In this document: positions 38,901 through 49,423 of the stretch, in pieces
Layout: each line of letters opens with the position of its first letter
How positions within the stretch are numbered: position 1 is the stretch's first letter
Assembly: GCA_002104905.1 (NCBI GenBank)
Contig: MCFE01000092.1
Location: 62,001-126,000 of the forward strand
Direction of reading: 5' to 3'
DNA: 64,000 bases
From: Basidiobolus meristosporus CBS 931.73
Taxonomy: Eukaryota > Fungi > Basidiobolomycota
Made by a program: the position numbers and the translations under genes
Notes under the pieces: model-generated
Databases searched by the model: none
Told to the model about the DNA's origin: nothing
The model's input: the letters and a program-made list of their open reading frames with translations, nothing else

Positions 38901-40585
38901 GCTGAGACCTTTGCACCAGTAGCCAAGTTTAATTCCGTCAGATTAATATTGGCTATTGCAGCTAAGTATAAGTTTTTTATTCACCAAATGAATGTAAAAC
39001 TGCATATTTGAATGGAGAACTTGATGAGGATGTGTATTTAGACCAGCCTGATGGGTTTGTTGACCAGGATAACCCCCATTTGGTCTGCAAGCTTAAAAAG
39101 TCAATATATGGTCTCAAACAATCACCAAGAGCCTGGATTTGCAAGATAGATTCTTATTTGGAATCTTTGAGCTTCAAAAGGAGTAATGCTAACTATAGTA
39201 TATACTATAAGCTAGATAGAGCAAATCCAGTCCTATTAGCTATGTATGTGGATGATCTTATTATAGCCGCCAATAACCTAGAAACATTGGAAGAGACTAA
39301 ATCCAGCCTATCTAAGGAGTTCAAGATGTCCAATCTAGGAGAACTTAGTTACTACTTGGGGATTAAGTTCTCCATAGACAGAAGTACCCAGACTATCACC
39401 CTAAGCCAATCCAAGTATATTCAAGATATACTAAAGAAGTACCAAATGGAAGATTGTACACCAGCAGCTACCCCAATGGAGACAAACCTTAACTTGTTCA
39501 AAACTCAACCAAATCAAGAGAGCTTGGTGCCATCTGAAAGCCCTGACTTTCCTTATCAATCTATGGTTAGCAGTCTGATGTATATTATGCTTGGAACATA
39601 TCCAGATATCTCATATTCAGTGGGAGTTGTCAGCCAACATAATCAGAGCTATGAATCTGATCATATTGCAGCAGTTAAGCAGATTTTTAGATACCTAAAA
39701 GGAACTGCTGATATCTGCTTAAGATACACTTAAAAAGATTCAGAACAGGATCTTTTGGATACTCTGATGCTAATTGGGGACAAAATCTTGGAAGACAGAA
39801 GATCCACCACAGGATACACTTTTCTCTACTGTAAAAGAGCAATTTCATGGAATTCAAGAAAGCAACCAACTGTAGCACTTTCTACCACAGAGGCTGAGTA
39901 CATAGCAGCCTGTGAAGCTACAAAAGAAGCAATGTGGTTAAGAAAGCTTATTACAGATTTAGGCCTATGTCAAAAAACACCTATTACTTTATTTCATGAT
40001 AATCAAGGATGTTTACAATTAGGTAGAAATCCAACTTTTCTAGCTAGAACTAAGCACATAGATATTAGACATCATTTCATACGTGAAGCTATAGAGAATA
40101 AGTTAGTTAGCTTAGTTTATTGTCCTACTGTTGAAGTGATTGCAGACATATTTACCAAACCATTAGCTAGAGACAAGTTTGAGTATCTTAGGTCAAAATT
40201 AGGACTAGTCAGTATGAACATTTAACTGAGTGAGAATGTTGTAAAAGTTTGTACTTTCACCTAAATACCCACCTAACTTAGTTACTTAGATCATTACCTT
40301 CATATCCTAGAGAATACTGATCAAATTCCTTGTTGGGATTTACTTGCAATATTTTCACCAAAATACCAGGTACCCAGAACATCAAAATTCTCAAAGTTGC
40401 CCAAACAGCCCCAAACTTTGCACACATGTTCTTGGGACCTTCCTTAACCTATTCTAGGTGTTTGTAATTCCAAGACCATGTAAAAGCATAAATACTACTT
40501 TTACATTGAATAAATCATTAAGTGAAAACCACATAATCTACTTGTTCTCCCAATCACTTCCAATATCTCCAAGACTCTTACAACA
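35915..40585 (+). mobile_element. Full-length but degenerate Ty1/copia family B element (4671 bp)
   Basis: LTRs 35915-36263 and 40237-40585 (349 bp, ~27 mismatches), TSD ATTAG/GTTAG (4/5), PBS 36264-36276; gag [42 protein letters not shown] with many stops. Confidence 0.95.
36264..36276 (+). promoter_or_regulatory. Primer-binding site GGTTATGAGCCCC of copia B
   Basis: Directly follows the 5' LTR end ...TTACAACA. Confidence 0.8.
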
Positions 40586-43500
40586 GTTAGCAAGTATGTT
40601 GTCTGCTTATACCAACACATTAATGAAGCAATTAGGTGCAGTGGCTGATAGAATGGATGCAATTCCCCAGAGAAGTCAGGAAATAGTTCAGAAACAGGAT
40701 GAGTGGATAATATGTGTAGAGCAATCAATATCCCAGGTAGAGATAGCAGTATTGTTGCTGCAAAGAAGGAAATCAAGTAGCTCAATGTCACAGCCAAGAA
40801 CTGAACCATTTCCCAATGTGACAGCAGAGGAACACCATACAGTCTTTGAAGCACAACAACAGTGCCAAAAGATAAAGCCCACAGAATAACCTATCACAGT
40901 GTGGGAGGGAGAGAATGCGGTGTTAATACCAAAGCCTATAAATCAAAGACATTAAGAATCTGTGAAGCCATTGAGTGCAATAATGAAGAGTGGGCTGAAA
41001 TACAAGAGGCCCTGGGTGTCTAGCACACCATCATCTTAAGGCCAGCATGCCATAGGACCATCACAAACTCAAGGCCAAGCAGAATGCACTTGACTTGTTT
41101 CACAAGCATTATCCTGGATTCAAATGGGCAAACAGATTTTAGGCCAGCATTGGTATGCTAAGAAAGTATCTTAACAATAGCAGAAGCTCTCAAAGGCAGA
41201 AAAACAAGGGTGCCATGGCTAAAAACCAGCGGCTTCTTCAAGAGCCCATTACAAGTAGGGCCAAATGCTCCAGACAAGTGTCAAAGAGACATCAGGTAGC
41301 TGGAAGAGTGCCAATTAGGGACAAGCAGGCAGACAAAGATGCACCAGCACAACATTTATTAAGGAAAAAGCGTAGTCCTATTCAAGAAGCACCTAGTCAA
41401 AGTAGCAATGAAGGACCTAGCAGTGATAAAAACCAGTTGCTTTTACAGGAGCCTGTCACAACTATTGTTGAGAGCTCACAACAAGCAGAAAAGAAATGTC
41501 AGGTTGCCAGAAGAGTGCTAGCAAGGGACAAGCAGGCCAAAACAGATGTGTCAGAGCGGAATTTAGCCAGGGGAAAATGTAGTTCTTTGCAAGAGGCATC
41601 AAGACAAAGTAGCAGTCAAAGACCTGGCAGTGATAAAGGAAAAGGTAAAGGGAAAATGTCTACCTAGGCCTGAGACAGGGAGGCATGCAGAAAAACTGCA
41701 GTTCTCACCAATTAATGCCACAAGCCAGGAACAGACTGAATCCCATCAGGGCTAGGAAGAATTACCAACAAGAAAACAGCCGTTTTCAAAAGATTTGGAA
41801 GCACAGCCAGTTTGGCTACACTCCAGCAAGGTAGATGAGTTTGCTGAAAAAGACAACTTGTCTACCATAGCCTCCAAATCTTCCATTGTTGACAGAGTGG
41901 AGATCCCACTGATAGACAAGGCTACAGTATCAAGAGCTTTAAAGACTATCATAATCCCTTCAGTGGAGCTTTGGAACATCAATAGGCATGCCAAGAGGTT
42001 GCAGCCCTTCTTCAAGAGCAGTGCTCAAGAAAATATACTTGAATACTGTAAGGACCAGTTGCAAAGACTGACAGGTGAGGCACTAGACCTTGCAGTGCTG
42101 GCTGAAGACCAGGATGTGTAGGAACCAGTGAGCAAGCAGTGGCATAAAGCTGTTGGGTTCCTGCCAAAGTTGTGGAACCAGAGCGTTACAGCAGAAATAT
42201 GAATTGAGTGGTGGATTTTAATGAAGTTACTTGTTGAGTGTGGGGCTGGACTTAGAGTTGGCGTAGAGTATAGGGACTTGTATAGGCCATTACAATTGGC
42301 AATTGAAGAGCAACCAAGGTTTCAATGGAAAAGAAAATTAGTATCAATGCTGGTTGTCTTGATGTCCTCTTGAAAAGAAAATCTGCTTGGCTGCCAAATA
42401 GCTAGTACTTGAGTTATTGAGAGCTGGAAGCTCAGAGAAGAGTAGAATTCAGCTGGTATTATGATTGCATTCTGCTGGCCAATTCTTAATTTTTTCTTTG
42501 GGTGTTCCAGATTGAATTCACCTGTGGGACCAAATTATTATTGATAGGGTGCATCTAGATTGTGCCTGTATGTCTTGCTGAATTCTTTTCCATCCCTTAC
42601 AAAGCTAGTGTGCCTGCTCATGTCAGTCCAATCTACACAAACACCCCTCACAAGAGCATTATGCACCTGGTCAATGTGTATGGTTCAGTGCAAAACTACC
42701 AAAGCTTGCTAAGCTGCTCAATTAGACATGAGTTCATTGGAGTGGGCCAAGTTGCTTTAAGATGTGGCATCACATCAAACTCAGCCAAGGGCCATGCCTA
42801 CACATCAAGTTGTGCCTGCACATGCTGTACACTTGACCATCAGCAAGTTACTTCTGGTGAGCTGACTGACAATGATGCACTGAAAGTGCCTCCACCACAG
42901 GAGCCTTTATCAACTAAAAGAATGCATCAGTGCATGGCACTTCATGCCAGTTCCATAGCATCATACAGAGCAATTCAGCATAGACAAGCTCCAGCACTGC
43001 ACTCATCAGCCAGGAGACACAATACTGTTGACAAGTATACAAGTAGCCAAGATAACAGTCAACAAGGAAGTAGTTTAGGTGTGCAAAATGAATCACTACC
43101 AAATGCTTCAGTAGTAATCTCTGTGAGAAAAAAACTAGGCAAAGATGATGCAATTGTAATGAATTGCTATCATGTGCTATGATCCAAACAATGCATTTTT
43201 TTGCAATCTAAATCAAATCATTACAAACCAGTGATCTATACACTTAGCTATAAGTAATATTTATGTTTTCTCACATACAAGAGAGAATCCCTTTGAATAC
43301 ACACCCTGCATACTTATATATCATCTGTAATACCAGTGCAGCTTTTTGATCTGCTTTTCACCCACGTACTGGTGGTATGTTAGCTATGAAATCTTGTACA
43401 ATCACTAAAATCAGGGAATTGCCTGCTCAGTGGGCAGAACGGGTTTTTTGATGGCAAATCAGGTAGCTTGTGTAATGATCAATAAAGCAATTGGGGGCTT

Positions 43501-43649
43501 ACAGATCAGGATACTTTTAGAACATTCAATCATTGACATTCTGTTCAAATGGAGTGGTGTCTACCAAAATGGTAAGTATTGGTGTAGCTTATAGTGCAAT
43601 ATGCAAATATGTACATTTACACAAAAGAAGCATATCTAAATACTGGAAT

Positions 43650-45100
43650 TTACCAACCCTGATTGTGATATTGTCTAACTGTGTGACCCATAGCAAGACT
43701 ACTTTGATTCAATGCTGTAAGAGAAGAGAAAAAGACCATGTGGCTATTGTAACAAGCCACTCAGCTGTGAAGCATGCAGAAAGCACAGGAATTATAACTA
43801 GGATCTTGGCCAGTGTATTGCCATGCAAGTCATACATGAACATTCATCATCACTAATGTACCAGCAATATCTTGCCAGCTGCTTGATACATTTAGGCTCA
43901 CACATGGATTGTGAGCTTATCTCCCCTAACAATAGTACACGGCATTAGCCTGACAAAATCCCAATATGCAATCAGAAAACACCCATTAAAAAAATGCCAA
44001 GTTGTTGTAAGAGTCTTGGATATATTGGAAGTGATTGGGAGAACAAGTAGATTTTGTGGCTTTCACTTGATGATTTATTGAATGTAAAAGTAGTATTTAT
44101 ACTTTTACATGGTCTTGGTATAACAAACACGTAAAATAGGTTTAAGAAGGTCCCAAGAACATGTGTGCAAAGTTTGGGGCAGTTTGGACAACTTATCTAA
44201 TTTTCATGTTCTGGGTAAATATTCTAAGTAAATGTCAACAAGGAATTTGGTCAGTATTCTCTAGGATTTGAAGGTAAGGATCTAAGTGACTAAATTAGGT
44301 GAATATTTAGGTGGAATTACAAATTTTTACAACCGATTCAAGTGACCAAGGTGAGTATTACATATTCCAAGTAGCAGTGAAAGATATGGTAATTATAAAG
44401 GTAAAAGTAAGGGAAAAAGTCTACCCAAGCCAGAGACAGAAAAGAAATGAGAAAAAAGCTGCAATTCTCACCAATTAAGGCCATCACCCCAAAACTGACT
44501 GAATCTCACAATAGCCAAGACAAGCTACCCACAAGACAACCACAGTCTTCTCAAGAGTTGGAAATGCAGCCAGTTGAGCTATACTCCAGTGAGGTATATG
44601 AGCTTGCAGAGAAAGGCAATTATTCTACTACAGCCTCCACATTGTCCATTATAGACAGAGAGGAGATCTCACTGACAGACAAAGAAACAGTGTCAAGAAC
44701 TCAGAAAACCATCACAATACCTGACATGGAGTTTTAGAACACCAAGAGGTTGCAGCACTTCTTCAAGAGCAGTGCTCAAGAAAACATACTTCAATATTGC
44801 AAGGACCTAGTGCAAAGACTGGTAGATGAGGTGCTCAGCACTGCAGAGTGGCTGAAGACCAGGATGTATGGGAATCAGTTAATGAACAATGACATAAAGC
44901 CAAAGGGGTTCCTGCCAAAGTTATGGAAAAAGGGTATCATGGCAGAAGCAATTATTGAATGGCAGCTTTTAATGGAGTTATTAGCTGAGTGTGAGGTTGG
45001 GCTTGATGATGGTGTTGTACATGGGAGCTTGTAAATGTCTGAGAAATTTGCAGCTGAGTTACAGCTGAAGTTTCAATGGAATAAAATAATTTGTATTCAT
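43650..45100 (+). mobile_element. Composite CACTA-family relics: transposase 5' start (~43690-43870) and ORF2 3' half (~44340-45070) flanking a solo LTR
   Basis: 43690-43870 matches the reverse complement of 35200-35370; 44340-45070 matches 41600-42330 (FFKSSAQENIL.YCKD, GFLPKLW). Confidence 0.75.
44003..44334 (-). repeat. Solo LTR of copia family B, no TSD
   Basis: Reverse complement of LTR 35915-36263 with a small deletion; flanks CAAGT and GATTC do not match. Confidence 0.88.
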
Positions 45101-45479
45101 GAAAAGTGCACTGGTTGAGTCAGGAAGTAAGGAGTGTGATAAAGTGGCAATAGCCAATCAATGTACACAAGTATATGAGGTGATTGAGTGCCCAGGATCA
45201 AAAAGTGAGAGAATTTGCAGAGAACTAATCAAGAGCCACATATGTGTCATTGCAATGAAAATTCTTGACTAGGGTTTTTGTGAAATCTGGGGTGCAATTT
45301 TTTTAATGGTTTCTGCATGGTATCCTCATAGCATCAATACCTTGTAGTCATGGGATTTAGATTTGGTGACAGTGTTTTGACAGGATCATCACAATTATAT
45401 CTCATATGGTAATAAATGTGATAAGTACAAGTAGATTATATGGTTCTCACCCAAAAATATAATGAGTGTGAGAGTTGAT

Positions 45480-45730
45480 TTGTACCTTTACATGGTTTTA
45501 GCCAGACAAATGCTGAGGAAGGTCCCAGGAACTTGTGTGCAAGGTTGAGGGCTCTTTTGACAATTAAATGAAATCTCATGCTCAGGCTTTTTGATGTTTT
45601 TGTGAAAGTGTACTAAGTGAGTCCCAACAAGGAATTTGATCAGAATTCCCTAATATTTGTAGTCTATAATCTAGGAAACCAAACTGGGTGAATGTCTAGG
45701 TGTAGTTGGAAAATTCACTACAGTTCTTAC
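45480..45730 (-). repeat. Highly degenerate copia B-like LTR relic
   Basis: GGAAGGTCCCAGGAACTTGTGTGC and CCAACAAGGAATTTG match the reversed B LTR; boundaries approximate. Confidence 0.55.
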
Positions 45731-45794
45731 TCAGTGATTTATTGAATGTTGAAGTAGTATTTATAACATTATACACTCTTGACAGGACACATCC

Positions 45795-46012
45795 ATAAGA
45801 AAAAAATTAAGCAAACAAATTCTTCAGGAGGAAACTAGGCCTTCTAGCATCCATACAAAATTTGATAATTTGCTGCCCATCACTTCCATCAAAGATTCCA
45901 TTTGAAATCTTGAACTAAAACACTGGCAGAATACCAGCTAAATACCATTGGAATACCAGCAGAATACCAGCTAAGAATCAGATGAACTCCATCCTTGAGA
46001 TTTCTAATAGTG
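45795..46012 (-). mobile_element. CACTA-terminated end fragment homologous to the left ~215 bp of the MITE at 18664
   Basis: Minus strand begins CACTATTAGAAA and continues with the same GCTGGTATT tandem repeats and downstream sequence as 18664-18880. Confidence 0.72.
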
Positions 46013-46025
46013 CATACATAGAATA

Positions 46026-46357
46026 TGTTGTAAAAATTTGTAATTCCACCTAAATATTTACCTAACTTAGTCACTTAGATAATTACCCTCAAATCCTAGA
46101 GAATACCAACCAAATTCCTTGTTGAGATTTACTTAGATTATTTACCCAGAACATGAATATTCTCAGAGTTGTCCAAACAGCCCCAAACTTTGCCCACATG
46201 CTCTTGGGACCTTCCTTAACCTATTCTACATGTTTATAATGCCAAGATCATGTAAAAGTAGTATTTATACTTTTACATTCAATAAATCATTAAGTGAAAA
46301 CCACATAATCTACTTGTCCTCCCAATCACTTCCAATATCTCCAAGACTCTTACAACA
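46026..46357 (+). repeat. Solo LTR of copia family B with perfect 5-bp TSD GAATA, inserted inside an older inverted B LTR (~46013-46570)
   Basis: TGTTGTAA...TTACAACA; GAATA at 46021-46025 and 46358-46362; right flank matches the reversed B LTR (cf. 44135-44330). Confidence 0.92.
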
Positions 46358-46924
46358 GAATATGCTTAGGAAGATCCCAAGAGCATGTGTGCAAAGCTTG
46401 GGGCTGCTTGGACAACTTATCAAAATTTCACGCTCTGTGTATCTGATATCTTGGTTAAAGTGCTCTAAGTAGATCCTAACTAGGAATCTGGTCAGAATTC
46501 TCTAGAATTTTAGGTAATGGTCTGAGCAGCCAAGTTAGGTGGTATTTGTGTGTAATTACACAGTCCTCAATAGAAGATACTAGTGGAAAACCAGCAGAAC
46601 ATTATAGGGATATCAGCAAAACACCATTGGATTTGAAGCCTGATGCTCTTCATAGATATGGTTTGCTTTTGTAGAATGGTCTAAAGCAAAAGGACTGTAA
46701 CACATTTTCAAAGGTTGCAACTCTGAGTTATAAGAGAATTGGAGATGCATAATGATATAAAAGAGATTGTGCCTGCTGTAGATATTTAGTTTGCATATAA
46801 AGAGTTCACATATTGCAAGATTCTACTTAGCTTATTACTAAGTTATGAGTAATTTGCTTAAGACTTAGTTGGTTAGATTTTAGCTATTTCTTAGAATGGG
46901 TGAAGGCCTGGAAGTTATCAATAT

Positions 46925-47120
46925 TATAAGCTCACCTAAAAGCTCCAAACATTGCAAACAGCTTCCTGGGAGCTTCCTTAAGGCATTCTTATCATTGGCT
47001 TTACAAAGCACTTCTAATAGTATGTATAATATATTTGAACTCAATAATGCACCAAGTAAATATTATGGAATTCTTCTGGTTCTCCAAATCACTTCCAATA
47101 CTCCCTAGAGTCTTGCAACA
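46925..47120 (+). repeat. Old copia B-like LTR relic; last transposon remnant before the gene cluster
   Basis: Ends CCAAATCACTTCCAATACTCCCTAGAGTCTTGCAACA, similar to the B LTR end; left boundary approximate. Confidence 0.6.
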
Positions 47121-47437
47121 GTACCAAAACATAGGCAAGCATTTCAAATTTGTATTTTGTGGAGTATCCACCTCACTCCAGCTCCATATCTTTGGCATAG
47201 CTTGGTAAAATACAATGCACTTTCAGTCTCTGATGATATTCAGGTACAACATAGGCAACACTCTGTGTAACTCCAAAGGTTCAGAGTACAGCTTGGATTT
47301 TTGCGCAGTAGATATGTGTAAATAGGAGAAGAATATAGGCGATTGGCGAGTCACATATAAGCAATTTATTTATGGGAAACAGAATAGGAAAAGAATATAG
47401 GTGATTTGTAATTTACAGACAATTAAAAGTGACTGCA

Positions 47438-49423
47438 TTATAGCTCGTCGTGTTCTGGGCGAGGGCCATCCTCGTTGGAATAGAGTTTGCTGGTGATTGG
47501 ATTGACCACTGCCTCGATCTCGGCCTTCTGCTCCTCGATATCTTCCTTGGAAGCGCTGGCAGTATGGTCATTCAACCAATCGCTCTTGGCCTTGATGGCA
47601 TCCAAGATCACCTGCTTATCGCCCTTATCGATTCTGCCGCCCAGCTGAGAGTTGTCAGTGACCTGGGCCTTCAGTTGGTGAAGGAAGTTCTCGAAACCGT
47701 TGCGAGACTCGATTCTTTCGCGGTTATGCTTGTCCTCATCGGCGTATTGCTCGGCTTCCTCGACCATACGGTCGATCTCCTCTTGGCTGAGACGGCTCTT
47801 GTCTTTGTTGATGGTGATGGATTCGGATTTACCGGTGCCCTTGTCGGAAGCGGATACCTTGAGGATTCCGTTCACGTCGATCTCGAAGGTGACCTCGATC
47901 TGAGGAACACCGCGAGGGGAAGGAGGGATGCCAGTGAGCTCGAATTTTCCAAGGAGATTGTTGTCCTTGGTGAGGGAGCGTTCGCCCTCGAACACTTGAA
48001 TCAAAACCACGGGTTGGTTGTCGACGGCGGTGGAGAAGATTTGGGACTTCTTGGTAGGAATAGGAGTGTTGCGGGAGATCAACTTGGCCATCACTCCGCC
48101 AGTAGTCTCAATGCCCAAAGTCAAAGGATTGACATCAAGAATGGCCAGTTTGTCGAAGCGCTCCTCTCCAGAGAGGACACCACCTTGAACAGCTGCTCCG
48201 TAGGCAACGGCTTCGTCAGGGTTGATCCCCTTGGAGGCCTTCTTGCCGTCGAAGTATTCCTCCAAGAGTTGAACAACCTTGGGGATACGGGTGGAGCCAC
48301 CAACCAAAACGATATCGTGAATGTCCGCCTTGGCGAGATTGGCATCCTTGAGAACCTGTTCGACTGGCTTGACGGTCTTCTTGAACAAGTCGGTGTTCAA
48401 TTCCTCGAACTTGGCTCTGGTCAGAGTCTCGGAGAAATCCTCTCCGTCGAAGAAGGATTCGATTTCGACACGGGCAGACATCTGAGAGGACAAGGTTCTC
48501 TTGGCCTTCTCGGCTTCGCGCTTCAACTTGCCCATAGCCTTCAGGTCCTTGGTGACGTCGGACTTGTTCTTCTTGCGCCACAACTTGACGAAGTAGTCGA
48601 TGACACGGTTGTCGAAGTCCTCACCACCAAGATGGGTGTCGCCAGAGGTGGCTAGGACCTCGAACACGCCATCTTCAATGGAGAGAAGGGACACATCAAA
48701 GGTACCACCCCCAAGATCGAACACCAAGATGTGGCGCTCCTCCTCGGATTTGTCAAGTCCGTAAGCAATGGCAGCGGCAGTGGGCTCGGAGATGATACGA
48801 AGAACATTCAGTCCGGCAATGGTACCAGCGTCCTTTGTCGCTTGACGTTGGGCATCGTTGAAGTAGGCGGGGACAGTGATGACGGCATGGGTGACCTTCT
48901 GGCCCAAGTAGGTCTCGGCGATATCCTTCATCTTGGAAAGAACCATACTGGAGATCTCCTCGGGAGTAAAGATCTTGTCCTCACCCTTGACTTCAACCTG
49001 GATGACTGGTTGGCCCTCCTTGTCGATCACCTTGAACGGGAAGTGCTTCATGTCAGTTTGGACATCCTTGTCGTTGAATCGGCGACCAATGAGGCGCTTG
49101 GCATCGAACACGGTGTTGGTTGGGTTAAGGGGGGCTTGATTTTTGGCGGCATCTCCGATGAGACGCTCATCGTCGGTAAAGGCAACATAGGATGGAGTAA
49201 TACGGTGGCCTTGGTCGTTGGCGATGATTTCCACTTGGCCATTCTTGAACACGCCAACGCAGGAGTAGGTGGTACCTAGATCGATACCGATGACTGTGCC
49301 ATAAGCTGCTTTGGATGGGTCCTTTACGGCCACAGAAGGGCTCAAAGAAATCAGCAGTAACGCTAAGATAGCGAAGATCGCTACTGTGAAACGCCTTAAC
49401 ATAATGAGTGTCAAGGAGCGCAT
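47438..49423 (-). CDS. KAR2: ER luminal Hsp70 chaperone BiP/Kar2 (661 aa, intronless)
   Basis: Hydrophobic signal peptide, [37 protein letters not shown]-terminal HDEL retention signal. Confidence 0.98.
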   Translation of the reverse strand: MRSLTLIMLRRFTVAIFAILALLLISLSPSVAVKDPSKAAYGTVIGIDLGTTYSCVGVFKNGQVEIIANDQGHRITPSYVAFTDDERLIGDAAKNQAPLNPTNTVFDAKRLIGRRFNDKDVQTDMKHFPFKVIDKEGQPVIQVEVKGEDKIFTPEEISSMVLSKMKDIAETYLGQKVTHAVITVPAYFNDAQRQATKDAGTIAGLNVLRIISEPTAAAIAYGLDKSEEERHILVFDLGGGTFDVSLLSIEDGVFEVLATSGDTHLGGEDFDNRVIDYFVKLWRKKNKSDVTKDLKAMGKLKREAEKAKRTLSSQMSARVEIESFFDGEDFSETLTRAKFEELNTDLFKKTVKPVEQVLKDANLAKADIHDIVLVGGSTRIPKVVQLLEEYFDGKKASKGINPDEAVAYGAAVQGGVLSGEERFDKLAILDVNPLTLGIETTGGVMAKLISRNTPIPTKKSQIFSTAVDNQPVVLIQVFEGERSLTKDNNLLGKFELTGIPPSPRGVPQIEVTFEIDVNGILKVSASDKGTGKSESITINKDKSRLSQEEIDRMVEEAEQYADEDKHNRERIESRNGFENFLHQLKAQVTDNSQLGGRIDKGDKQVILDAIKAKSDWLNDHTASASKEDIEEQKAEIEAVVNPITSKLYSNEDGPRPEHDEL

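Larger units (their letters stand above)
35593..42373 (+). pseudogene. Second, unassigned ORF of the CACTA-like element (~700 codons), split by copia B and carrying stops/frameshifts
   Basis: MPPK start; removing 35915-40590 joins ...SPPHVL|ASMLSAY... in frame; a second copy of the 3' half at 44340-45070 has sense codons where this copy has TAG/TGA. Confidence 0.6.
31127..42549. mobile_element. CACTA/EnSpm-like transposon copy 3, apparently end-to-end (~5.7 kb after removing nested inserts)
   Basis: 44-bp inverted repeats at 31127-31170 and 42506-42549 (39/44 match, CCCTA termini); inverted subterminal ATCATAATACCAGC at both ends; no matching TSD seen. Confidence 0.72.

Noticed and set aside
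43285-43345. CCCTTTGAATAC and GTAATACCAG resembling a CACTA TIR and subterminal motif
   Set aside because: Match too short and degenerate, with no partner repeat or TSD.
47450-49279. Long antisense ORFs (401 aa and 182 aa) opposite BiP
   Set aside because: Long antisense frames opposite Hsp70 genes are a known by-product of strong codon bias and conservation; no recognisable motifs or independent signals.
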